A stretch of DNA of 64,000 nucleotides from Klebsiella phage N1M2: the sequence record MN642089.1, one strand, 5' to 3'. Positions 1 through 10,279 of the stretch are shown one piece after another. Position 1 is the stretch's first letter. The number at the start of each line of letters is the position of its first letter. The notes below the pieces were generated by a model that was given only the letters and a program-made list of their open reading frames with translations, made no database searches and was not told where the DNA came from. The position numbers and the translations under genes were made by a program.

Positions 1-563
1 TCATCAGCTAAGCGCTGAGCAACTTGTTTATAGTTCTTATCAGCAAGGAAATCGATATCGTCGATCGGGATAGGGTGAATAACATAGATTTCACGATATG
101 GGAATTCGACACGGAAATATTCGTTAGCGAACCAGATCTTGAATTCTGATGTTACCTTACCTACAGTTAAAGTGAAGGAAATACTAGACGGCAACCAAAT
201 TGCGTTGTTGGTGACCATCACACTAACATCTTTCCATTCCCACCCTTTAGTGTAGGTTGCTTTAAGTAATTGGAGACAACCCTGAGAAGATTCGGTTGTT
301 TTGTTTTGAGTAGCTTGGTCGTATAACCACTTACACATGTTGAGAACTGGTGTTGCAAATTCCTGAGGAACTTTCTCATACATGGAAGTTTCAGAGACAC
401 CACGGAACACATGGAGATCTACTGGGTTATCGGGACCGAAATAAATATCAGGTTCTTTGGAGTAGGTCATCGTACTGTTGGTTAATTCACCAATGGGGGA
501 AGTTGACCCATTGATCACCAAGTCATGAACCACAGCAAAGCAACTATACAGAGTTGTTGACAT
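1..563 (-). CDS. hypothetical protein, partial (3-prime end runs off window start)
   Basis: Open frame on minus strand from ATG (revcomp at 561-563) to position 1 with no stop; not in the ORF track because it is incomplete; translation begins MSTTLYSCFAVVHDL...; weak RBS aaaagg upstream. Confidence 0.5.
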   Translation of the reverse strand, partial: MSTTLYSCFAVVHDLVINGSTSPIGELTNSTMTYSKEPDIYFGPDNPVDLHVFRGVSETSMYEKVPQEFATPVLNMCKWLYDQATQNKTTESSQGCLQLLKATYTKGWEWKDVSVMVTNNAIWLPSSISFTLTVGKVTSEFKIWFANEYFRVEFPYREIYVIHPIPIDDIDFLADKNYKQVAQRLAD

Positions 564-585
564 ATTGCAACCTTTTAGCTATAAT
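557..585 (+). promoter_or_regulatory. sigma70-consensus promoter TTGACA-N17-TATAAT driving the + strand gene at 618
   Basis: Exact TTGACA at 557-562, 17-nt spacer, exact TATAAT at 580-585; sits in the 33-bp divergent gap and overlaps the start of the minus-strand gene. Confidence 0.55.
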
Positions 586-617
586 GAAACATATTTTTGA
601 AAAGTGGTGGACACAGC

Positions 618-1022
618 ATGAACTTCTTTCTGAGGGAACTAATCAATAGGATAATTAGTTACTTTATCCGAGTATCCAAAGGTGACTCATATGAAGACAA
701 GATAGAACACTTGTTACGTAAGTCACTCTTATTCACATTTATGGCTTTGATTTTTGCTCTCACCATGACCTCTAAATATTTGGTAGCCAACTGGTACCTA
801 GAAGATTTAGAGAAGAGTCTAAATAAAGTTGACACCTTCATGGTTGAGCAGCAAGATAACATGAACAGTCTTTTCCGTATTAACGGTGATCAGTTGAAAC
901 AGATCGATAAACTCACTCATGAGAATAACGACTTGGAGACTGATATCCGTACGTTACTCCACAACCAAGCTATCTTGGAAAAGGAGAACAAGGATCTACG
1001 GAAAAAGCTGGGTAAGAAATAG
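618..1022 (+). CDS. small membrane/coiled-coil protein
   Basis: ORF-track frame 597..1022; ATG at 618 preferred over the TTG at 597 (RBS-like gtggtgga upstream); hydrophobic helix LLFTFMALIFALTMT followed by a heptad-rich Lys/Glu C-terminus. Confidence 0.55.
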   Translation: MNFFLRELINRIISYFIRVSKGDSYEDKIEHLLRKSLLFTFMALIFALTMTSKYLVANWYLEDLEKSLNKVDTFMVEQQDNMNSLFRINGDQLKQIDKLTHENNDLETDIRTLLHNQAILEKENKDLRKKLGKK

Positions 1023-1082
1023 TAAATTAAGACAAGGATGTCCATTAGTTGTTACATCACAAATTGGCAGGTATAACTAACA

Positions 1083-2504
1083 ATGAACATTGTCTACTAT
1101 ATCGTAAGTTCTTTTATCAAAGATAAAAATGTCGGACTATCTGGCGGTCATGGCTATTCTTACGATCCCGGTAATGAGAGCAAGCGTAAGTTACAGAAAG
1201 ACGTACCAACAGTTTATGGATACTACGTTAATGGTAACTATCAAAATATCGCAGTGGATCAGATCGATATTTATAATGGTCGTATCCTAAACCAACCAAA
1301 TGAAGTTGACGCTTATCTCACTCATCTGGAACTGATCATTAATAAATGGTTAGAAGAGAAGAAAGATGGCAACAAACTTTTGGTAATTAGTAACTGTGTC
1401 AAAGCGCACAAGATGCTTGAGAAAAACAAGTGTCCTGATCAGTACAATGCAGAACTGTTCAAACGTGTTTATGCTTTGATTCAGGAACATAAGAAAGATA
1501 TCATCCACGATATCGAGTATTATGCAAAAGGTGGTGAAGGTCCTAAGACAGCTCATAAACAATTGGAACTCGCAATTGCGTTGGCAGATTTACCCAATCC
1601 AGATGCTGTCACTCTTGACAAAATGGATGTTAAAGAGTATAAGAACCCAGAGATCGATTTCAATAAGTTGGTTACCGCAACTCGCTGGTATTTCAATACT
1701 GGTGATAAATCAACTTTCCATGATGTCGATGAACAAGGGTATCGTCACTATACCTTTGGTCGGGTTGACCCGGATAAGAACTATTATGGTAAGGCAACAC
1801 CAGATGTGTACTATTCTGCATTGTACACTAAAACACCTATTAAGGTTTTGGATAAACTGTTCGCTTTCTGTCAGAAGAACAAGCCAAACCCTTACAACAT
1901 CATGGCAGCCGGTAACTTGAACCACATCAAATCAAAAGAGATCGCTCGCGTTATCGATACGATCCCTGGAACATTTGGTAAGAAAGAGTTAGTTGCCCCA
2001 ATGACGTTAGGTAATAATGAAGGTGCTAATCTGGTTGAATTCATTGACCCACCTGGATTATCTTACCGCATTCGTGATTTCCATGCCAAGCTGGATGCTA
2101 TCTTCCGTTTCTGGAGAAAGCGTGATGAGAACGGGTGTTATCAGAAACATAAGTTTATTGATATCACTGAGTTGTTCTTTGTCAAGGATCCTAAAGGCAA
2201 ATGGAAAATCCATCCGGACTTCACTAACAACACTTTGAAAATGCCGGTGTCTATTGAAGCTCCTGGTTGTATTAAACCAGTTACGATCAATTTGAGTATG
2301 AAGTTCGATACTCCTGAACGTAATGCTTTAAACAGTTTGATTGTGAATAAAGTAGAAGATATTAAAGTCTTCCTTGCTTTAGATTTCAGTGACGACTCTG
2401 GTGTTAGTTATTGCACCATTGTACATACTCCTGAATTTGATTACATTCATTCTAATAGCATCGCTAACCTTCGGGTTTACAGTTTGAAAGAGCTGGGCAA
2501 ATAA
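1083..2504 (+). CDS. hypothetical protein (473 aa)
   Basis: Long ORF; near-consensus promoter-like TTGTTA-N17-TATAAC at about 1046-1074; followed by a terminator hairpin. Confidence 0.7.
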   Translation: MNIVYYIVSSFIKDKNVGLSGGHGYSYDPGNESKRKLQKDVPTVYGYYVNGNYQNIAVDQIDIYNGRILNQPNEVDAYLTHLELIINKWLEEKKDGNKLLVISNCVKAHKMLEKNKCPDQYNAELFKRVYALIQEHKKDIIHDIEYYAKGGEGPKTAHKQLELAIALADLPNPDAVTLDKMDVKEYKNPEIDFNKLVTATRWYFNTGDKSTFHDVDEQGYRHYTFGRVDPDKNYYGKATPDVYYSALYTKTPIKVLDKLFAFCQKNKPNPYNIMAAGNLNHIKSKEIARVIDTIPGTFGKKELVAPMTLGNNEGANLVEFIDPPGLSYRIRDFHAKLDAIFRFWRKRDENGCYQKHKFIDITELFFVKDPKGKWKIHPDFTNNTLKMPVSIEAPGCIKPVTINLSMKFDTPERNALNSLIVNKVEDIKVFLALDFSDDSGVSYCTIVHTPEFDYIHSNSIANLRVYSLKELGK

Positions 2505-2506
2505 AG

Positions 2507-2548
2507 CATACTCCCTTACCCTCCGCAAGGAAGGGTAAGGGTTATATG
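2507..2548. repeat. 42-nt repeat copy 1 containing bidirectional terminator hairpin CCCTTACCC-TCCGCAAGGAA-GGGTAAGGG
   Basis: Identical to 6878-6919; hairpin stem 2513-2521/2533-2541; lies between convergent genes. Confidence 0.8.
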
Positions 2549-2560
2549 TTTGTTTCTTTT

Positions 2561-3619
2561 TTAGTTCATGAATTCATCTGCTAATTGAGCAAGATACTTA
2601 CCTGCTTCTTCAGAGACTTCTTCTTTCGCTAATTTGATTGCGTCTTTCACAATCGCTTTGCTGGTTTTCTTCTCACCTATCTGCAATTGAGAATCAAGAG
2701 TAATAACTGCATCACGATATCTTGCAGCGATAGCTCCCAGTTCTTTATCTACAGCAACAGCACGAGAAAGACTACGACGTTTACCTTCGTCTACAGTATC
2801 TTTGTTAGCTTCGTTCAGCTTATCCAAAGCAACGGTAGCTGAAGCAAGAATAGATTGCATGTCGCCAGCTGCATCGATTAGATCACGTGTAGCCATAGTC
2901 AGATTACTAACTTTGGTGCCAGTGAAGTCAGCTTCCAGTCTATCCACCTTGGCTGCCTTTTCGATAGCTTCAATGCTGGTGTTCAGAGAGGTCAGTGTTT
3001 CACCATTAGGATCGATACGTTTGATCTCTTTAATATGACCCGCTACGCCAGCTAATTGACGTTTAACGGTTCCAGAGATACGTTCTATCGTTTCACTCTG
3101 AATCTCTTCATGACGGGCTTCTGCTTCGTCAGTAAGAGCCACTTCCTTGATCTTCTGATTGATAATCATCTTGTCAGAACTAGACAGGCGTCTGATAATA
3201 CGAATTATCTCGTGGTTACTACCATCGGTAGCTAAACCATCAATGCCTTTGGTCGCTAGTTGTTTAACTTGTCTGTTAACGACATCCCCTTCAAGAGATT
3301 TTTTAGCTTTAGTGAATTGTCTAGCTGTATCACCATTAATCCAATCTCTGATGGCACGCAGTAAGTTCTTGATCCACTCATAAACTTTCTGACCACCTTT
3401 CTTAACGTTATCAAGGAAACTTTCCTGACCTTCTACTTCGACCAAGTCAATACCATGAAGTTTAAGTACGGTATCTGCATAGACAGCGTCGCCGCTCAAT
3501 TCATTATCACCAACACTTTCTTTAGCCAATTCAGCCAGGCCATTGGTGATGGCGCAAGTGTGTTCAAACTCTGATTCCAGAGATTCAAAACCAGTAATGT
3601 GTTTCAGTTCCATTTTCAT
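2561..3619 (-). CDS. coiled-coil hypothetical protein (Glu/Lys/Ala-rich)
   Basis: ORF-track 2561..3649; the first 10 codons overlap the upstream gene's terminator hairpin, so the internal start MKMELKHITG (3619) is more plausible; composition suggests a structural or scaffold-like coiled coil. Confidence 0.6.
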   Translation of the reverse strand: MKMELKHITGFESLESEFEHTCAITNGLAELAKESVGDNELSGDAVYADTVLKLHGIDLVEVEGQESFLDNVKKGGQKVYEWIKNLLRAIRDWINGDTARQFTKAKKSLEGDVVNRQVKQLATKGIDGLATDGSNHEIIRIIRRLSSSDKMIINQKIKEVALTDEAEARHEEIQSETIERISGTVKRQLAGVAGHIKEIKRIDPNGETLTSLNTSIEAIEKAAKVDRLEADFTGTKVSNLTMATRDLIDAAGDMQSILASATVALDKLNEANKDTVDEGKRRSLSRAVAVDKELGAIAARYRDAVITLDSQLQIGEKKTSKAIVKDAIKLAKEEVSEEAGKYLAQLADEFMN

Positions 3620-3633
3620 TTTACCATTGGAAA

Positions 3634-3647
3634 GGGGCCGTAGCCCC
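3634..3647 (-). terminator. GGGGC-CGTA-GCCCC hairpin terminator downstream of helicase gene
   Basis: GC stem-loop followed by a T-rich run on the minus strand immediately after the stop at 3653. Confidence 0.5.
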
Positions 3648-3652
3648 ATTAA

Positions 3653-5752
3653 TTAAAAGATATCACTCAGAGAATAATTCTTGAATGAGACATGATGATC
3701 AAAGTGTTCAGAATCTAAGTTATAACCTTCCATCCCGACCATATTCATCAAGTTCATTTTACCAGCAACAGCTTTGGTGTTAGCTCCACCCGCCATCGTT
3801 AGCTTACCACCACCAAGGAGAATTTCAACTTGTTCCTTAGACCATTCCATAATGTCAATAGAACGAGAGGTGATGTTTTCTTCAGATCCAGTATCAAGAT
3901 CAATAAGGTAAACGAAACATTCGGCATCCTGACCTTTACGATAAATACGAGCAATGGTCTGTTTCAACTCATAAGAGCGGAATGGGGAGTTCATCAGAAT
4001 CAACTGGTTACACATCAATAAAGGGTAACCTTCACGGAGTGTGTTGAAAGTAGTAATTAGCGGGTTGACATTTGGATCATTCTCAACCTGTTTAATTACC
4101 TTCTCAATATCACCAGAGTTCTCGCCATGTACAGAAATGGAATCGATACCTTCAGATTCGAAGTAAGTCTCAAGTTCTTTGATAACTTCTATATAGGAAG
4201 TATAAATCGCAGTTTTCTTTTGAACAGACTGAATCATCTCTGGAAGTTTGGCATGTCGTATAATGTCCCTGACAGCCTCCATACGGGCTCTTGATAAAAC
4301 ACGCCCTAATGCCTCACCACGAATCTTAAGTCCCACATACTTGACTGCAGACTTAATATGACGGAAGTATTTGAGGTCATCTCCCTTGAGTTCTTTTTCG
4401 ATATCCTTTTCAACTGAATGAGCAAATTTAGATTTGTCAGAATCAGTAAAGTTGTTGTACCCATGTTTCTGGAAGTAGTTCACAATCTCAATGTACTTAT
4501 CAAGACGGGCTTCTTCTTTAGCATCACCTTCTATCCAAGTGCGATACTGTTCAACAAACTTTTCCCAGTCGGAAATATATCGAGGCATGTGTTCATTATA
4601 GAACATAACACGATCTTCGATAAAGTCCATCATCACTGCTCTGATATTATTCAGAGTGTATTTCTCAGCTCCTGGGAATTTAACAGGTACAACTTCAGGT
4701 TCAGGTGGTTCGTCCATCCCCTCGACTTTAGTAATCGTAAATTTAATTCTACCCAAACGGTGAGCCAGCATCTGACTCAAGAATTCATTATCACGACCAT
4801 ACATCTTCAAGAAGTCAGTCTGAACATCCTTATCAAAGAACTTATCGATAACAGTGAAGAGAGCAAAGGTTTCACGGCCTTGAGCTTTGATAGGTGTACC
4901 TGACATGAACAATACGTCTGAAACAAACTTATTAGAGCAGAGATCAATTAACCCCTGAGTTTGTTGTGACTTATATTCATTATAGTTGTGTGATTCGTCG
5001 ACGATGACTTTGATGGGCTCTTTACCTTGCTTAGAGATAACGGAGATTAAACCATCGAATTCTCTACTACGGAGATTTTCTTTATAGATAATAAAGTAAT
5101 CGGCGTCTGCATGGTTAAGCGGATCGGTCCCATCTAAAGAAGTCCAGATCTTTGGAGTTTCTTTAAAATACTTAGTTGTCATCTCATTAACCCAAGGGGT
5201 CTGAACTAAGTGTTTTGGAACTACAATAATAGTTTTATAGGGAGAGATCATCTTGGACCAAACTAGGCTAGTGTATGTTTTACCACTACCTGGTTCAGCA
5301 TCAAGTAAACAACCCCGTAACTGATACCCATATTTTATACGAGAGTATCCTTCGAGAAACTCTTGTTGATCTGGGAAAGGTTTGAGTTTAAAACTTTTGA
5401 GTGCTTTATTAACATCGTAAGGCGGATAATCCTGGAATGTAGTTTCAATCCAGGTCTTGGCTTTGATCTCGTTATAGAGTTGATTGTATTTAAACATCCC
5501 AACCCGATAACGGTCTACCTGACGCTTGTTACGATTAGTTGTAAAGTGGTCAAGAATCCATGCCAACTCCACCATAAAGAACTGGTGTATTTTGAAACGT
5601 CGGTTATTCAGTTTAGTGATCATTCGGCTAGCAATTACAGATGTACCGAAGTTAGACTTAAGGTCCAACTCAAATGCATTTATATTAATACCGTTGATAA
5701 CATAGTAGGAACCGACCTTTTCCACAGATGGCGAAAAGTTAAAGAATTCCAT
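3653..5752 (-). CDS. SNF2/DExH-family helicase
   Basis: Walker A LLDAEPGSGKT, DExH box VIVDESHNY, motif VI QTIARIYRKGQ matching the SNF2 QxxxRxxRxGQ pattern. Confidence 0.8.
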   Translation of the reverse strand: MEFFNFSPSVEKVGSYYVINGININAFELDLKSNFGTSVIASRMITKLNNRRFKIHQFFMVELAWILDHFTTNRNKRQVDRYRVGMFKYNQLYNEIKAKTWIETTFQDYPPYDVNKALKSFKLKPFPDQQEFLEGYSRIKYGYQLRGCLLDAEPGSGKTYTSLVWSKMISPYKTIIVVPKHLVQTPWVNEMTTKYFKETPKIWTSLDGTDPLNHADADYFIIYKENLRSREFDGLISVISKQGKEPIKVIVDESHNYNEYKSQQTQGLIDLCSNKFVSDVLFMSGTPIKAQGRETFALFTVIDKFFDKDVQTDFLKMYGRDNEFLSQMLAHRLGRIKFTITKVEGMDEPPEPEVVPVKFPGAEKYTLNNIRAVMMDFIEDRVMFYNEHMPRYISDWEKFVEQYRTWIEGDAKEEARLDKYIEIVNYFQKHGYNNFTDSDKSKFAHSVEKDIEKELKGDDLKYFRHIKSAVKYVGLKIRGEALGRVLSRARMEAVRDIIRHAKLPEMIQSVQKKTAIYTSYIEVIKELETYFESEGIDSISVHGENSGDIEKVIKQVENDPNVNPLITTFNTLREGYPLLMCNQLILMNSPFRSYELKQTIARIYRKGQDAECFVYLIDLDTGSEENITSRSIDIMEWSKEQVEILLGGGKLTMAGGANTKAVAGKMNLMNMVGMEGYNLDSEHFDHHVSFKNYSLSDIF

Positions 5753-5769
5753 AGTAAGGACCTATTGAA

Positions 5770-6873
5770 ATGAACGAAAAAGAATTTGAATTCGAAAGTG
5801 ATAACCACTATAACCTGTATGCTTTTGCGGAGCTGACTCAAAAGAAAGTATTTGAGGATTCAGCTTTTAAAGTTGAAAACCAGGATTACCACGATCGTTA
5901 CAAAGTATCCTTGGGTGGGTACATTTGGTATGTCGCTGCTAAGTTCATTGGTAAATTCTGGCTGATGCTGGAACAATGTGAATACCAACAACTTGAAGCA
6001 ATTATTGCTGAAGAAAAAGATGTTAAGGAAGGTCCATACATCCCTTATGAGAAGATCACTGGTGATGTTGATATGTCGGGTCCTTTCTATGAACTCGTTG
6101 GTGAGGATTTCATCAGCGTTGAAAATCGCATGAGCGGTTTGGTTAAAGCAGTAGCACAGAACATTCGTGAAACTGCAACAATCATCAATGAAGAAATGGA
6201 ACTGGTCGCTAAAGACGGTGATATCGTTAAGGACTTTGATGGTTATGTTACTTTTGACACCAAGCTGGGCCTCGACTTTAATGTAGGTCTGTGCTTTGAC
6301 AAGATCAAACCAATTGCTGAAGATAATGCATCGGCTTGGATTGAACGCACTCCTATCACTCAAGAATATCTGGATACTTATTTCCCTAATGCGGGTAAAC
6401 GTATTCTGGGTAAACTTGATCAAGTCAACTCTCTGGTTAAAGCACTGTTTGAATCTAAGACAGTTACTCGTAACCCTGAACTTGTTGAATATGCGGGCTG
6501 GTTGGTCACGGGTACGCTTGTGAACGCCTATCTTAATCAGAACGTAACTTACATCAGTTTCGGCGGTAAGGACAACTGGAGTGTTCTGGGTAAGGAAACT
6601 AAGAACAACCTGGCTTGCTTTAAATACCTGGATCAGGAAGTCGAATACATTATCAAAATGTTGGATGGTATTGAGAAGACCGATGGTGTTGATATTTACT
6701 CTATGGATATTGATACCTTTGCTGTCTTCGGTCGTAACTTCGATAATAAAGTCGTTACGGAAGCATTGCAAGGTTATGTTCAGCCTCTGTTGGATAAATA
6801 CTCCAAAGGTTTCGAGCAATGTTTAGCTACCCGTATGGCAATGATCGATAACCAACACTTCTTTAAAGCATAA
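5770..6873 (+). CDS. hypothetical protein (367 aa)
   Basis: Long ORF with consistent coding bias; the antisense 319-aa ORF 5860-6819 is judged a shadow. Confidence 0.7.
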   Translation: MNEKEFEFESDNHYNLYAFAELTQKKVFEDSAFKVENQDYHDRYKVSLGGYIWYVAAKFIGKFWLMLEQCEYQQLEAIIAEEKDVKEGPYIPYEKITGDVDMSGPFYELVGEDFISVENRMSGLVKAVAQNIRETATIINEEMELVAKDGDIVKDFDGYVTFDTKLGLDFNVGLCFDKIKPIAEDNASAWIERTPITQEYLDTYFPNAGKRILGKLDQVNSLVKALFESKTVTRNPELVEYAGWLVTGTLVNAYLNQNVTYISFGGKDNWSVLGKETKNNLACFKYLDQEVEYIIKMLDGIEKTDGVDIYSMDIDTFAVFGRNFDNKVVTEALQGYVQPLLDKYSKGFEQCLATRMAMIDNQHFFKA

Positions 6874-6877
6874 CAAA

Positions 6878-6919
6878 CATACTCCCTTACCCTCCGCAAG
6901 GAAGGGTAAGGGTTATATG
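6878..6919. repeat. 42-nt repeat copy 2 containing bidirectional terminator hairpin
   Basis: Identical 42-mer to 2507-2548; hairpin 6884-6912; convergent gene junction. Confidence 0.8.
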
Positions 6920-6921
6920 CT

Positions 6922-7701
6922 TTATGCTAATTTTTTAGCTTCAGTTATTTGCAGTTGAAGCACGCGAGTCAGTTCACTTAACTGGGCGAGCATTATCCCT
7001 GCGAAGTTAGCATTATCTACTAACTCACCAATCGCCATATTAAGGGATTCGGTTTCTTTAGGATTCAGAATAACTTCCGATTCTTCTATCTTAGCTTTCA
7101 GAAGGTTGGTAACGTAAATGACATTATCCATACGCTTACTAACAACTTCAACATCACGCGCATTCAAAGTCTGCACGACCGTATTAAAGTTATTAAGGAT
7201 ATCTGTTGCCGAACCAAAGTTAGGATACAGTTCATTCAGGCTACGAGTATAAGCCCCGGTATCTTTCATGAAGTTCTGGAAAGTCTCACGAGATTTAGAA
7301 ATGAGAACCAGATCGTTCACATTGCGAATGCTAAAAGGAACTTGTCCAGTAGCTGCCGCTTTTTTAATACCGCGGTATACATTATCAGCTTGAGAATCAA
7401 CCATTTTGATAATAGGAACTGCGTGGAGAACAAACTCTACGAAATCCTTAAAGGACCAAACTGATGGGTTAAAGAATACTGGAGATGGGATATGTTTGAT
7501 AGCAGCAGAAAAGTACACATTCTGATTAGCTAAATCTTTCCATACTTCCCCACCTTTAACGGTGTGAATTGACTTATTAAAGTTCTTAGCGTTAAAGGCA
7601 TCAAACCCAACACTGAGTTCTTTAAAGAAAGAAGTAAAGCGCTCGCCGACTGAAAGGGCTTCGTTGCCACTTACATCGGTATTTAATAATTCGGTAGACA
7701 T
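6922..7701 (-). CDS. hypothetical protein (259 aa)
   Basis: ORF ends just before the shared hairpin. Confidence 0.7.
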   Translation of the reverse strand: MSTELLNTDVSGNEALSVGERFTSFFKELSVGFDAFNAKNFNKSIHTVKGGEVWKDLANQNVYFSAAIKHIPSPVFFNPSVWSFKDFVEFVLHAVPIIKMVDSQADNVYRGIKKAAATGQVPFSIRNVNDLVLISKSRETFQNFMKDTGAYTRSLNELYPNFGSATDILNNFNTVVQTLNARDVEVVSKRMDNVIYVTNLLKAKIEESEVILNPKETESLNMAIGELVDNANFAGIMLAQLSELTRVLQLQITEAKKLA

Positions 7702-7768
7702 GCTATGGCAAACTCCACTAGTGTGTGTTATTGAAACGTTTCATAACATTTAAATAAAAGGTATTACA

Positions 7769-9238
7769 ATGCTGACTGCATTTAACTTCTTGAAAGACTA
7801 CGGCGCTGAATCCAACCTTCAAATTGGTTTGAACGTCTCTCCTATCTTTGACCTTCTGACCACCACTATGATCAAAGGTAAAGATGGGGTTTGGTACATG
7901 AACGGCGGTCTGATGCCGATCAACGGTTTGGCAGGTGGTAACAACACCCAGAAAACCGGTAAGACTGTAAAGGACGTTGCTAAGTTACTCCATCGTTTCC
8001 AACACTCCATTATTCTGTATGGTGATACTGAATCTACACTTGACGTTTCTCGTCTGGCTGAAGAAGTCGATCGCCTGTTTGGTATTCCTGGGTACTTCGA
8101 AGAAAATATCGAAGATGTCCGTTTCCACTACATGCCTAACTCTGCTGGTATTGATGGGACCGAACTGCACAATAAAGTAATTGAAATCTATAAGACTATT
8201 ACTGCATTGTCAGAATCCAAAGATAAAGAAGAACAGGCCGCGTATAAGTCTCTGTTCCTGGATACTCCATTCTGGTCACAGAAAGCTAATAAGCACGTTC
8301 AGGTTATGCAACCTATCCTGTTCATTTGTGACTCTATCTCTGAAGTTCTGTTTGATAACTTGATGTTCAAACAGTTCGATGAAGGTGAGATGGATGAAGG
8401 TGGTAAAAAGCGTACTCGTGATATGGAGATCGGTAACCTGCGTCGTATCCTGATGACAGATACCTGTATCCTTGGTCCGCGTGTTGGTCTGCGTTCTTAC
8501 TGGATCGCTCAGTCTGCTGATGTTATCAACATGGATGGTAAGCCAAAAGAGAAAGACTCTACCTTCCTGCGTCATAACAAAAAGCTGGCTGCTCCTAAAG
8601 CAATGCTTAAGTTACCGCACATCGGTATTGAGATCATCAAAGGTCAGGTTCTTAAACAACCAGATCACTCTGTGACTTATCCTCGTGGTAAAGATTCTAC
8701 TATCTCTTCCAATGCTAAGTCTAACCCAGAACTGGTTCAGTATTACACCACGGTCTTCCGTAACAAATCTGGTAGCTCCGGTGGTGATATTAGCTTCGTT
8801 GCTGGTCAGGCAGAAGGTATCCTTGAATACCTGTCAATGTATGATGCATTGAAAGATAACAAATACTTTGGTTTGGAAGGTTCGGCTATTCGTCATAGCT
8901 GTGCTCTTATGCCAGAAGTAAGCATTATGCGTACGACAGTTCGTGAACTCCTGGAAGGCCCAGAAGCTAATCACAAACTGCAACGTGCAATTGAGCTGTG
9001 CTATCACATCTGGCACATGCAGACTTTCTGGGATAACTTCCCTGAAGAATGGCGTCTTACTCCATCTGAGATCTATGCTAAAGGCAAAGAACAAGGATTG
9101 GATTGGGATGATGTTCTTGAAAATACCATCTACTACTGGCACGATAACCCAGAGATCAAGAAACATACATTAACCGTTTACGAACTGATGGAAATCATCG
9201 TGAATGGTAAGAAACCATATTGGAAGGAAAAGAAATAA
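7769..9238 (+). CDS. hypothetical protein (489 aa)
   Basis: Long ORF; no recognised motif. Confidence 0.7.
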   Translation: MLTAFNFLKDYGAESNLQIGLNVSPIFDLLTTTMIKGKDGVWYMNGGLMPINGLAGGNNTQKTGKTVKDVAKLLHRFQHSIILYGDTESTLDVSRLAEEVDRLFGIPGYFEENIEDVRFHYMPNSAGIDGTELHNKVIEIYKTITALSESKDKEEQAAYKSLFLDTPFWSQKANKHVQVMQPILFICDSISEVLFDNLMFKQFDEGEMDEGGKKRTRDMEIGNLRRILMTDTCILGPRVGLRSYWIAQSADVINMDGKPKEKDSTFLRHNKKLAAPKAMLKLPHIGIEIIKGQVLKQPDHSVTYPRGKDSTISSNAKSNPELVQYYTTVFRNKSGSSGGDISFVAGQAEGILEYLSMYDALKDNKYFGLEGSAIRHSCALMPEVSIMRTTVRELLEGPEANHKLQRAIELCYHIWHMQTFWDNFPEEWRLTPSEIYAKGKEQGLDWDDVLENTIYYWHDNPEIKKHTLTVYELMEIIVNGKKPYWKEKK

Positions 9239-9239
9239 A

Positions 9240-9602
9240 ATGAATGACTTTAGCTACGACTATTCGGTACTTGTAATCGCAGAACCTGACTTCCTCAACA
9301 AAGGCAAGGATTGCGAAGCATATCGAGAGAAGTTAATGAACTTCTTAGAGAAGCGAGCTGGGGAGAGTACGCTGCGCGCAATCAGTATCACTGGTAGCTA
9401 CGGTCTCCCCATGGAAACTCAGATTGAAGTCGATAGTCGGAACAAGACTTCTTTCGTTAAATCGCTTGATGATCAACTGCTTCAATTTAATGAGATCGTG
9501 ATAATCACGAACTTTGAGAATGATAGCTACATTGATGCATTGAGTATCCGTGCTGCTGAACTCTCAAAAACCTTAACTATCTATGGTTACGAGACTAAGT
9601 GA
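9240..9602 (+). CDS. hypothetical protein
   Basis: ORF-track 9204..9602; the internal ATG at 9240 follows the upstream stop and RBS aaggaaaag, so it is preferred. Confidence 0.55.
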   Translation: MNDFSYDYSVLVIAEPDFLNKGKDCEAYREKLMNFLEKRAGESTLRAISITGSYGLPMETQIEVDSRNKTSFVKSLDDQLLQFNEIVIITNFENDSYIDALSIRAAELSKTLTIYGYETK

Positions 9603-10279
9603 TGAAAAACCGGAAAGAGATAGAAAGTGATATTCTTGCATTAGCTAAGAAGTTCACTCTTGGTGGTGGAAACCACCAACTCTATTCCGAACTGTTTGGG
9701 CGTCTTGATGACGCCCAGTTTGCTAAGTTCTGGAATAGCATTTGCGATAACAAGTTTATTCCGATGTTTGTTGACAACTACAATGTGAAAGAAGGCATTA
9801 ACTACGATCACATGGTTAAGGTTGCTGCGGAATACAACATCCCGTTGGAACAACAGTTGGTTATCACTGACCCAGATACTGGTTTGACTTTCACCACACC
9901 AGAAACTGCGTTGGTTGGTTTTGCTGAAGCACGTAAGCAACGTCAGTTACAAGCTAAGAAGTTTGGCGCATCTAAGCACGACTATGAAACTGAAGACTTG
10001 ACTGGTCAACCTACTGGCGATTCAAAAGCTGGCGGTATCTCTAACCCAGAGATTCAGGTTCTTCTTTCTTTAGGTCTTCCTACTTTAGCTAAAGAGTTGG
10101 CAGACGTTCGTGGTGGTGATGCTGGCGCTTATCGTGCATATAAGAATGACATCCTGACCTCTGGCCAGGCAACTACTGAATCTGCGTTGACACGTGGTAC
10201 CGGTGTTAAGTCACTTCAAACAGCACACTACCTTCTGTTAGGCCAGCACATTGATAACAACCTGAATTCGAGAGACTAA
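9602..10279 (+). CDS. hypothetical protein
   Basis: ATG at 9602 overlaps the upstream TGA (tgATG coupling); ORF-track used GTG at 9599. Confidence 0.6.
   Translation: MKNRKEIESDILALAKKFTLGGGNHQLYSELFGRLDDAQFAKFWNSICDNKFIPMFVDNYNVKEGINYDHMVKVAAEYNIPLEQQLVITDPDTGLTFTTPETALVGFAEARKQRQLQAKKFGASKHDYETEDLTGQPTGDSKAGGISNPEIQVLLSLGLPTLAKELADVRGGDAGAYRAYKNDILTSGQATTESALTRGTGVKSLQTAHYLLLGQHIDNNLNSRD

Noticed and set aside
597-617. TTG start at 597 used by the ORF track
   Set aside because: An ATG at 618 with a better-spaced purine-rich RBS lies 21 nt downstream of the consensus promoter; TTG is less likely.
3620-3649. First 10 codons of the track ORF 2561..3649 (MGLRPLSNGK)
   Set aside because: They coincide with the GGGGCCGTAGCCCC terminator hairpin of the upstream helicase gene. 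The internal start MKMELKH is more plausible, though its RBS is weak.
5860-6819. 319-aa minus-strand ORF antisense to the 367-aa gene
   Set aside because: Fully nested shadow ORF with low-complexity Phe/Asn/Ile-rich translation. The sense gene is bracketed by a start signal and a terminator.
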